Source of the DNA: Basidiobolus meristosporus CBS 931.73
Lineage: Eukaryota > Fungi > Basidiobolomycota
Direction of reading: 5' to 3'
DNA length: 64,000 bases
Assembly: GCA_002104905.1 (NCBI GenBank)
Contig: MCFE01000325.1
Coordinates: 1-64,000, forward strand
Shown: in pieces, positions 35,196-46,400 of the stretch
How positions within the stretch are numbered: the first letter of the stretch is position 1
Layout: each line of letters opens with the position of its first letter
Made by a program: the position numbers and the translations under genes
The notes under the pieces: model-generated
The model's input: only the letters and a program-made list of their open reading frames with translations
Told to the model about the DNA's origin: nothing
The model's database searches: none

Positions 35196-37266
35196 ATGAA
35201 AACCGATTTCGAACAACTCAACGAGAACTTTGTCCGCTGGCTGAAAGCGGAGGGTTCGACCTTCTCCCCCAAGATTGCCTTCAAGGATTACTCGAACGAG
35301 GGGGCTGGGCGCGGGGTTTACGCGCTGGAGGATATCAAGGTAAGTGGAGTCAGGGCGACTTGGAGGTGGCCGTTTCTGGAGGTTATTCACCCCACCCGGT
35401 TTCACATAGGACACCGAGGTTCTCTTCACCTTACCTCGTACTGTGTTGCTCTCCGTGAAGAACTCGGAGCTCTCGCAGAAGCTTTCGTTGGACGAGTTGG
35501 ACGGTTGGAACCCACTGATTCTGTAAGTCCTTGGTGGGCTGTCCTCGGGGTTGACTGGACCTTGTTAACCTTTGCTCTGTGTTAGGTGTATGATCTATGA
35601 GAGCACCAAGGAGGACTCGAAGTGGTCCCCTTATTTTGGTAAGCTGGTCGAACTGACCCTTGAAGCTGGTTCCACGACTAACCTCGCTTTACCGCCTACT
35701 ACAGAGATCCTCCCGAAGGAGTTCCACACGCCGATGTTTTGGTCGGAAGAGGAGCAGAAGGAGCTGACCGGAACCGGGGTGATCGGTACGGGGATTTCGC
35801 GTCGAACGTTCGACCGACCACCACTAACGTGACTTGCGCTCGTAGACAAGATAGGAAAGGAGCAGGCGGAGCAGAATTTCAGGGAGACCATCCTGCCTTT
35901 GATTGAGGTGATCGTTCGGGTTGCGATGCTATGCGGATGAGCGGTCTTTTTAACTGGTGGATATTTAGGAGCACGAAGAGCTGTTCCCTAAGGGTGTCGA
36001 CTACCTTTCCCTCTTCCACCGGATGGGCTCGTTGATCATGGCCTATAGCTTTATCGACGAGGCGCCGAGCGAGGATTCGGATTCGGATGCTGACTCGGAC
36101 GACGAGGTGGAAGGGGAGGTGACCATGGTCCCCATGGCGGATATGCTGAATCACAAGACCGGCTTCAACAACGTGGGTGGTCCTCTCCCCCTTGGCTTCA
36201 GATCGATGCTTAACCAATTTCCAGGCTAGGCTGTTCTACGAGGAGGATCGTCTCGGCATGTGCGCCATCAAAAATATCCAGGCTGGTGAACAGATTGTAA
36301 GCATTCAGCATCCCCCCCACGTCTGTGACCCTTCTTTCTGACCTTTGTTTACTTAGTTCAATACTTATGGTGACCTGTGCTCGGCTGGTAATCCGATCTC
36401 CCGGAGCCTTCCTATTTCCTGCACCATAGTGACCCCTCTTCTCCACCCTAGATCTTCTCCGCAAGTACGGCTTCGTGGACGAGGAGAACCCGAACGATAT
36501 CGTGGAGATCAACGGAGAGTCCCTGGTCAACGCGTACTCCACTGAGGAGGAGGACAAGGCGGACAGGGTGAGCAAGTTTACGAGAGATCTAACTGATGTG
36601 GCTAGCTAACCGCTGGATTCCCCTCCCCCCATCACTCAGGTTGAATTCCTACTAGACAACGGCATATTAGACGAGTAAGTGCAAGGTTCCTTTCCTCCCT
36701 CCCCCCCCTACATTTCTTCTCAACCCCAACCTGTTACAGCTGTTTCGTGATTGAGGTGGACGCCGAGATCCCCCCGGAGATGATCGTCACCGGTAAGCGG
36801 TAGTCCCCTTTTTTCCCTCCGAGGCTCCCACCCGGTTAACCTTCCTCTCGAACGCTCCTAGCCAAGGTGCTCTCCATGAGCCCCGCCGATTTCGCCAAAC
36901 TCCAGAAAACCGAGAAATTCCCCAAGCCCAAGCTGACCCCGGAGATCTCCCAGGTGTTCCTGGAGCTCCTTAGGGCTCGGGCCAGTCAGTATCTCACCAC
37001 GTACGAGGTAAGACTCTCCCCTTTCCCAAACGGGGTCAACCCTACCCATTCACTCAACACCCTTTCTCCCCTCACGTCTGCAGGAGGACCTCGAGCGGTA
37101 CACCCAGGCCAAGCAGAATCCCGACTCCCTAAGCCGAAACGGACGAAACGCCCTGGTGGTACGCGTGGGTGAGCGAACCATCCTCAAGACGGCCATCGAG
37201 AGACTGGAGAAATCCCTCCGGGAAGAGGCGCCCTCCTCCCCCGCCAAACGTCAGAAGACCCACTGA
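35196..37266 (+). CDS. SET-domain N-lysine methyltransferase (SETD6/Rkm4-like), many introns
   Basis: FVRWLKAEG, GAGRGVYALEDI, YESTKEDSKWSPYF, FHTPMFWS, MGSLIMAYSF, MVPMADMLNHKTGFNN, IQAGEQIFNTYG, LLRKYGFVD; ends KRQKTH*. Confidence 0.85.
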
Positions 37267-37879
37267 TTCTCCCCGGTGGTGGTGTTGGTATAGATTACAT
37301 AGAACCGTTCAAATAAAATCCCCCTTCTTCCAATGGATCAATCTTGGGGCATCCTAGGGATGGCGTTGTTGGATGGGAGTGGAGGTTGGAAATAATCTGT
37401 TGGGGAGTGAGGCTTCACCACTGGATCCGTGCTTGTATCACTGTGGCACACATCTTGGACTCTGGACATGATCAGTAGCGGTGTGCTTTCACTGGTAGAA
37501 GTTTTCCACACCTTGCCAAACCTTGCCAACTTTGAGATACAGTGCACACCAAACAGGATGGTTTTTGGACCCCCTGGAAGAGTTTCCATCACCTCAAGTT
37601 CCCATCATGCTGATGTATTGACCTTGATGAACTCCATATTGGAAGTGCCAGGTGCAAAATTGAAAATCCATCAACGCCTGAATGCTAAATTTGATATTGT
37701 TGCCATGAACAAGTGCTCAGGAGATACCAGGAAGTTGTACTGGGAGAAGTTTCAATGTGCCAGGGAGTTGTTACAGTAACAAACCCACTTCACACAAGCA
37801 AATCTTGAATAGGGGGGGGCTCAGGGTTGCCTTTTACAGCAAGTATGGTTTGACTGTCATGGAATTTTGCATTAACATC

Positions 37880-38350
37880 CAAATATTTGTATCAACTTGC
37901 CTTATGAAAATAATATGGTCCTGTAGTTGGATCCAATCCAGATCAGCCATCAGGATCCCACAATGAGGCTGTCATAATGCCAGCAGCTTGGAATTCTTGA
38001 CCCTCTTTATAATGTTACAGTGGGATTGTGATGGTGATTTGCTGCCTTTAATGCCAAATATGGTAACACACATTATAATGTTTTGACAGCCTTATAGTAG
38101 GGCTTATATAGCATTATGGTGGTCCTGATGTAACCCACATGTGTTTGACAGGACCTAGCCAGCCAATAAATGCAGTTGCCACATATGGTGAAAAACTTGA
38201 TGGGGCTTTGATGGTCTACTGCTGGTCCTGTATAGTGTTACCATACCAATTTACCAAATGGTATTTCATTATTTTACCTCCCCTTGTGCCATTTATGTCT
38301 TCCACTGTAGAATCACATCCCTTCATTAGCTCAACCACCACTAACATGGG
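37880..38350 (-). mobile_element. Degraded 3' fragment of a CACTA/EnSpm-like transposase element
   Basis: 37917-38000 (GGATCCAATCCAGATCAGCCATCAGGATCCC..GCTGTCATAATG) aligns with 56540-56610 and 59315-59390, the 3' parts of the other copies. Confidence 0.6.
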
Positions 38351-38359
38351 TGTTCTCCT

Positions 38360-38596
38360 ATGAATCTTGTGAATCTAGCTAAATACTCACCTAACTTGGT
38401 TACGGGATTATTACCTACAAATCTTGGAGAATTCTGATCAAGTTCCTTGTTGGGATTAACTTGGATTTTATCACCTAAACATCAGGTACACAGAACATGA
38501 ATTTCTCAATGATGACAAAACAGCCCCAAACTTTGCCCATATGCTCTTGGTGTTGTAAAAATTTGTAATTCCACCTAAATATTCACCTAACTTAGT
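38360..38596 (+). mobile_element. Two nested Copia LTR fragments: an older LTR (~38360-38550) interrupted by a new LTR start (38551-38596), itself interrupted by a TIR element
   Basis: Both match the LTR family at 47425-47773 (CTAAATACTCACCTAACTT, CAGCCCCAAACTTTGC). TGTTGTAAAAATTTG starts at 38551. Confidence 0.75.
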
Positions 38597-41500
38597 AGAC
38601 TTGTTCTGTTGGATAGTGTCTCCAGCTTAGGTAGACCTTTTTCTATTTACCTCTACCTTTATCACTACCAGATCCTTCATTGCTACTTTGACTGAGTGCT
38701 TCTTTAGTTGAACTACACTTCTTCCTTGATAAATGCTATGCTGGTGCATCTGCATCTGTTTCCTTTTCCCTCATTGGCACTCTTCCAGCTACCTGATGTC
38801 TCTTTGACACTTGTTTGGATCTTTTAGCCTTGCTTGTAACAGGCTCTTGAGGAAGCCACTGGTTTTTAGCCACCACACTTTTGTTCTTCTGCCTTCAATA
38901 GATTTTGCTATTCTTGAGATACTTTCTTAGTGCACCAATGCTGGCGCAAAATCTGTTTGCTTGTTTGAATCCAGCTTAATGTTCATGGAGCAAGTCAAGT
39001 GCATTCTTCTTGGCCTTGAATTCCTGATGGGCCCATTGTATGCCAGCCTTAAGGTGTTGGCATGCTAGACTTCTAACTGCCTCTTAAATATTAGCACACT
39101 CTTCACCATTGCACTCAATGGCTTCATAGATTGCCAACAACTTTTGATTATTAGGCATTGGTATAAACACTATATTTTCTCCCTCTCATGCTGTGATAGG
39201 TTTTTCTGTGGGCATTATCTTTGGCACAGTTGTTGTGCTTCAATGACTGTATGCTGTTCCTCTGCTGTTACATTGGTAAGTGGCTCAATTCTTGGCTGTG
39301 ACATTGAGCCACTTGAGTTCCTTCTTTGCAGCAAAGATACTGCTTTCTCTACCTGGGATATTAATTGCTCTACACTTACAATCCACTCATCCTGTTTCTG
39401 GACTATTTCCAGTTTTCTCTGGGCCATTGGATCTATGCTATTGGCTACTACACCTAATTGCCTCATTAATGCTTTGGTATGAGCTGACAAAGTACTTGCT
39501 AAAATGGGTGGTGGTGATGTTATGACAGCTACTTGCTGGTCTTCAACTAAAGGTACTGCTTTTGCTACATTCCCATCTGATTCAGTACCATGGCCAGCTT
39601 GTGGCTCTACAGAGAATCCCAATTGCCCACTTGACTGAGAGCCTGAGGAGTCCACATTATTACCTTCAGTGGGAACACTGTCCACAGGGCCTTTTTTGGT
39701 TGTATCCGGCTTGTTGCACTGAATGTCAAAGCAAGCTGTTGTCTAGGCATTCTTCTGCTGCTGCCAGTGGTGGGGCTTGGTTGGGATTCAGACAACTATG
39801 CTTTATTTGTTGGTGGCATATATATGGAAGTGAGACAAACCAATGGAGAAATGGTATTTCATGTACATGTGAATGTGGTGCCACAACTACTTTTATAATG
39901 CTTACTATGGCAGGCCATCAATGAATCTTGCATTCATATAGGTGCAATGTCTCAAGTACAAAACTGTCTTAAATTCACATGAGTATTGACAAAAAAATGA
40001 TATTATAGCATTACATTGTTGAGTGTCAAGCTCTCTGCCCCATGGACAAGACTACTTTGATTCAGCACCATTAGAGACAGCATAGGAAGTATTACAAGGA
40101 TCATGGCCAGTGTTTTGCCACACAATTCATATTTGACCATTCATCAGTCACTACTGTGCCAACAATATCTTGGAGGCCACTTTATACTCAATAGCAGCAC
40201 CTGGCTGTACTTGTCACCTTGCACATACTGAGTCAGGTGAGTTTGTGACATCCTTAGGCTCACCCCAGCCTTCAGAATATGGCACACAGTGTGATAGCTT
40301 TGAAGAAGCAGGCTTACTGATGGATTGTGAGCCTATCTCCTCTAACAACAGTACCATGCATGAGTGTAGCAAAATCCCATCATGCAATGAGACAACACCC
40401 ATGGAAGAGAATTACAAGGATACTTTAAGAAGTCAAGTGAGCCCAGTAATCCATATACTGGTGAGTGATGTGATGTTGTGGCAAGTGAAATGGCATGTTC
40501 CCACTAATTTCAGTAATGGGGGCTTTGAGAATCTACTATAAGTTCTTGTCAAGATCATCCTTGGATGCAACTTACTGTGTGCATATCATAAATAGACAAC
40601 CTTCATGCAGCTGGCAACATATGACCCTGAGAATGTCCTGATACCAGCATGTGTTAACAGCTGCATGCCATTCACATCAGAAAATGCCACCATTGCAAGG
40701 AGTCTAACTTGTCCAAAATCCATCACCATTGAGGGAAAGCATCATTCACACTCTGCATTCATCCCAGTAATACCCTTTCTAAAGAAGCTTCTACAGTCTG
40801 ACAAGTATTGTGACACTATCAAGTACTACACTCAGTATGAATCAAGCACAAACATATCCAACATATCTGATGGCAAACATTGCAAACAGCCAAGAAGCAA
40901 GGGCTACTCTGAAGGTATGTATCACCATGCCCTTGCCTTAGCACTTGATGGATTCTCATTAAACAAGTGGTCTGCTGGCAAATTCTGCTTACCACTGATT
41001 ATCCTCAACCTTAATCTGCCACCTATCTTACAGTATCAGAGCAGAAATATGATGATAGTCTCACTGGTATCTGGGCCTAAATCATTGTCCAACCTGGATA
41101 GCTACCTTTGCTAATGCTGGATGAGTTTGGTATGATTTTCCGTGAGATAAGGGTAAATGGCCATCATGTCAAAGCACATATTACTATCTGCATTGAAGAT
41201 ACACCAGCCATCAGTAAAAATGCCATCTTTTCTGGGCAAAATGGATAGTATAGTTGTCATATGTGTGAGGCCCAGGGGACTTACTCCATTACCCAATCAC
41301 TAACACCAAGAGCTTCATCTTTCACATAGGGAACATATGGAAGTCAGCATGCAATTGCAGCAAAGTTGACAAGCTAAAAGCCATCAGCAAGAATATGGAA
41401 TTAATTAGAAACCAGGGATACTTAAGATAGAGGGCATCTGTTGGAGCAAAAGCATTCCACTGGGAGCAATGCATTTGCTTTTCAACAATATCTATATACT

Positions 41501-41646
41501 GCTGACCAAGTTGTACATGGGGCATTTCAAGCTAAATGCACCCTTTGAGATACCAGAGAAGTTTGAAAGAATTAGCAAGACATTACAGAATATGCATGGC
41601 CCTAAGTACTGCTCAGGAGCTCAAATCAACATTCCTCCACATATGC
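38597..41646. mobile_element. CACTA/EnSpm(CMC)-like DNA transposon copy 1: left TIR AGACTTGTTCTGTTGGATAGTG, unknown ORF2 (- strand, ~38650-39685), transposase (+ strand, ~40100-41646), truncated by a Copia LTR
   Basis: Transposase_21-like motifs ACVNSCMPF, ALALALDGF, LNLNLPP, VSGPKSLSNLDSYL and ED.PAISK..F.G..G.YSCHMC. The TIR is identical to that of the MITE at 51693. Confidence 0.75.
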
Positions 41647-42625
41647 TGTTGTAAGAGTCATGGAGATATCGTAAGTGATTAGGGAGGACAAGTAGATTAT
41701 GTGGTTTTCACTCAATGATTTATTGAATGTAAAAGTAGTATTTATACTTTTACATGGTATTGGCACTACATGCATGTAAAATAGATTAAGGAAGGTTCCA
41801 AGAACATGTGTGCAAAGTTTGGGGCTGTTTGGACAACTTTGAGAATTATCATGTTCTGGGTACCTGGTAACTTGGTGAAAATATTCTAAGTAAATCCCAA
41901 CAAGGAATTTGGTTGGTATTCTCTAGTATTTGAAGGTAATGATCTAAGTGACTAAGTTAGGTGAATATTTAGGTGGAAATACAAATTTTTACAACACTCC
42001 CACTCAGCTAAATGTTCATACTGACTAGTCCTAATTGTATACATCCTTGATTATCTTGAAATAAAGTAATAGGCATTTTTTGACATAGGCCTAAATCTGT
42101 AAAAAGCTTTCTTAACCACATTGCTTCTTTTGTAGCTTCACAGGCTGCCATATACTCTGCCTCTGTGGTAGAAAGTGCTATGGTTGGTTGCATTCTTGAA
42201 TTCCATGGAATTGCTCCTTTACAGTAAAGAAAGGTGTATCCTGTGGTGGATCTTCTGTCTCCAAATCTCATCCCCAATCAGCTTCAGAGTATCCCACAAG
42301 ATCCTGTTCTAAATCCTTATAAGTGCATCTTAGGCAGATATCAGCAGTTCCTTTTAGGTATCTAAAGGTCCACTTAACTGCTGCAATTGTTGTAAAAGTT
42401 TGTATTTCCACCTAAATATTCACCTAGCTTAGTCACTTAGATCATTACCTTCAAATCCTAGAGAATACCAACCAAATTCCTTGTTGGGATTTACTTAGAA
42501 TATTTTCACCAAGTTACCAGGTACCCAGAACATGAAAATTCTCAAAGTTGTCCAAACAGCCCCAAACTTTGCACAAATGCTCTTGGGACCTTCCTTAACC
42601 TATTTTATGTGTTTGTAATGCCAAG

Positions 42626-43322
42626 TGTTGTATCCAAGAGAAAGTGTAATAAAGCTCTTGAATGGTTTAACTGAACCAAAGGGACAATTAAGTGCAGAAT
42701 CTTAGAATTGTCAGAGAGTGGTGGAAATATTAGCAGAAAGATTCTGATCTAATATTGGTCTTGGATATAGCTGGGTTGGCTATAAAGGCAATGATATTTG
42801 TTTGCTAGGCAGGCTAGGCTTGGTGTTCTTTGGAGTGCTAGATATACTAGGCTTGGATAGAAACTGGAACGGAATTGTTGGATTCTTATTTTTGCTGAGA
42901 CAGAATCTTAATTTCGTTGAGACACACACTAAACCAAAAGGTTCAGTAAACTTTATTTATACTTTTCTGATCAAGTTGAATTAGTAAGCGCCAAGGGACT
43001 GGATTGATTGAAATCAATTTGGGTGTTCATAGGTGCATAATATAAATGAAAATTACATCATCAATCAACTGATGTCTTGGCAACTGCACCATGGTTGGAT
43101 AGATCTCAGATGACTAATCACCTGGGAAGGCTTGGCAGATAGGTTGATAACGTAATGACCATTTGAAAATAGATCAGGTGTGATCGCTAAAAATAGATTC
43201 TGAGGTGGGATAAAATAAACTGTAACTGGGATTTGTTATGTTTGGGTTAGGGAAAATCAGTTTGGGTACTAGATTTTCAAACGGAGTAAAATTGGCTAAG
43301 TTTTAAATGTTGATGCACAACA
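42626..43322. mobile_element. 697-bp solo LTR of a different family inserted into the 5' LTR of A1
   Basis: TGTTGTATCC...GATGCACAACA flanked by a perfect 5-bp TSD CCAAG (42621-25, 43323-27). It is absent from the A1 3' LTR. Confidence 0.9.
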
Positions 43323-43438
43323 CCAAGACCAGGTAAAAGTACAAATACTATTTTTACATTCAGTAAATCATTAAGTGAAAACCACATAATCTACTTGTTC
43401 TCCCAATCACTTCCAATATCTCCAAGACTCTTACAACA

Positions 43439-43450
43439 GGTTATGAGCCT
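43439..43450 (+). other. Primer-binding site complementary to the anticodon arm of initiator tRNA-Met (half-tRNA priming, Ty5/copia type)
   Basis: GGTTATGAGCC lies directly after the 5' LTR and is the reverse complement of GGCUCAUAACC in fungal tRNAiMet. Variant GGTTAGGAGCCC at 55164-55175 (-). Confidence 0.85.
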
Positions 43451-46400
43451 CAAGCTGTCACTCTCTGCAATGTCTACTACTGCTATTATTGAAATTTTTC
43501 CCTCTGCTGAAAAGTTGGATGGATTTAACAACCAAGTGTGGAAGGTGAAGTTGAAGATGCTGCTACAAGAAAGAGGCCTTTAGGATATATTCATGGAAGA
43601 AGAATGCCCTCCTAAAAACGTGGGAGAGAGAGCCTTAAAGTACTAGAAGAAAGAACAAAGTGCCTTTAACTGCATTTGCCTCAATGTCAAGGACAAATTG
43701 CTAATTCAATCCTCAAGAGCAAAAATGGCAAAGAATGCCTAGAAAGCATTAGAAGACACCAACAAGACATGTTTGGCTGCCAAGAAGATGTATCTGAGAC
43801 AGAAATTCTTTATTACAAAGATGCTGCCAGGAGAAGAAATGAAAAATCTAATTAACAGAAATACCCTGCTGGTAGATGAGATGGAATCTTTTGGCATACC
43901 AACTACTGATGAGGATGTGATAGTTACCATCCTGAATAGGCTGACAGACAAGTTTCAGGGCCTTGTATCAGCCCTAGAGTCCAGAACTGAAGACTTGACC
44001 TTAAATTACTTATATGGAAGGCTCCTGGATGAAGATTTAAGAAAGTCAAGCACTAATAAGAAGGAAGAAGAAAATGCTTTAATAAGCAATGATAACCAAC
44101 AAAGGAGGTACCCAAGAACCTACAAAGACAACAGCAATCTGTTTTGTAACTACTGCAAAAGGAAAGGACACACATCAGACCAGTATCTCAAAAAGAAAGA
44201 TAATCAGCAAAAGAAGCCTGAATATGGAAATGCTGCAACAACTGAAGATAGACTATTCATATCTGCACTAAATATGACTACAAACAAGGATTTTCAGATA
44301 TGGTATATAGACTTTGGAGCATCTCAACATGTTACACACCAAAAAGAACTTTTTACCCAATATCAAGAAATTCCAATCAAGAAGGTTATCATGGGTGACA
44401 ATTGAACACCTGATGCAGTGGGAGAAGGAACTATTCAAGTAAACCTTAGAAGCAGTGAAGGAAACCATACACTGACCTTTAAAGAACTACTCTATGTACC
44501 AGAAATAGCCAAGAACCTACTCTCTGTAAGCAAGGCCACAGCAGAAGGACTCAGTTCCAGTTTTGACAATTCTGGATGCAGGATCACTGATCAATATGGT
44601 GCTCATATTGCTTTGGGCATCAGAGATTGGAATCTATACAGGTTGACTTATATTCCATCATATCTGGAAGCCAATATAAGTAACTTAAATAAAGAAACAC
44701 CTATGCTTTGGCATAGGAGAATTGGACACATCAATTCTGATTTTTTTTGTAAAATGATCAAAGATCAGCTAATTTCTGGAGTGAAAATTGATCCCACAGC
44801 TAATTTGGGGTACTGTGAAGCCTGCATATATGGGAAACAAGCCAGACAGCTGTTCAAGAGCTCAGGGTTAATCAAAACTAATCAAAAATTAGATCTAATT
44901 CACTCAGATCTGTGTGGACCTGTGCAAAATTTATCCTTAGGTGGGATGAAGTATTTAATCACTTTTATTGATGATTATACAAGATACATGTGGGTTTACT
45001 TCATAAAGAGAAAGAAAGAAGCTCTGTCTAAGCTTGGGGAGTTTAAAGCCATGGTGGAGAGAGAAACTGGTGAAAAAATCAAGAAAATACTCTCTGACCA
45101 TGGTGGAGAATATACCTCAAAACTCTTCATCCACTTCTGCAAAATTCATGGGATAAAGCAAGAGCCTACTGTACCATACTCCCCACAGCAAAATGGAGTG
45201 GCAGAACGTGCTAACAGATCAATAATTGATATAGCAAGATCTATGATCCATGATCAAAAATTATCCTATGATTTTTGGGCGGAATCAGTTGCCACAGCTG
45301 TGTACCTTAAGAATAGGAGTTATAATAGAATACTTTGTGATTCTACTCCATTTGAAGCGTGATATGGATACAGACCAAGCTCAGAACATCTAAGAATATT
45401 TGAGTGTACAGCATATGCCAAAAAACTGGCCGGAAATCAGTCAAAATTTGAGCCAAAAAGTATAAATGCATATTTTTGGGCTACTGCAATGAGAGTGAGG
45501 CATAAAAACTCTACAATACCAAAGCAAAGAAGTTAATCAAGTCTAGGGATGTATTTTATGATGAAAATTCAAAATTTTCACAAAGAATGACATCAGATGA
45601 TGACTAAAATTTGATCTCAAGTCCACCAATTGTCAGGATTGAATCAGAGCAAAACAATGAAAGTTTTTCCATTACAGAGAACTCTACAACCATGGTTCAG
45701 CCTGAAGCAGTGCCCAGGAATATCCCAGAAGTGATCTTTGCAGTATCAAATGCCTGGAGATCCAATTGAACAAGAAATAGCCCAAATTACTATATCAATG
45801 AGGGTACAAACTTAGCCTATGCCTATTCAGACCCTATTGCTAAGCCCCAGACTGTAAAAGAGGCCCTAAATAGCCCTCAGACAAAGCTTTGGAGATCTCT
45901 AATGACTGAGAAATATCAGGCCCTGATGGAAAATCAAACTTGGGACTTAGTCAAATTAACAATCAACCAAAAATCAATTAGACACAGATGGGTCTTCAAG
46001 ACAAAATATAAGGCTGATGGTACAATTGAAAGATACAAAGCAAGACTTGTGGCCAAAGGATACTCTCAAACGAAAGGACCTGACTATACTGAGATCTTTG
46101 CACCGGTAGCCAAATTTAATTCCATCAGATTAATATTGGCTATTGCAGCCAAATAAAAGTTTTTTATTCATCGAATGGATGTAATAACTGCATTTTTGAA
46201 TGGAGAACTTGATGAGGACAAATATATGGGCCAACCAGATGGGTTTGTTAACCAAGATAACCCCCATTTGGTCTGCAAGCTTAAAAAGTTACTATATGGT
46301 CTCAAACAATCACCCAGAGCCTGGAATTGCACAATAGATTCTTATTTAGAATCTTTGAGTTTCAAAAGGAGTAATGCTAACTATAGTATATACTATAAGC

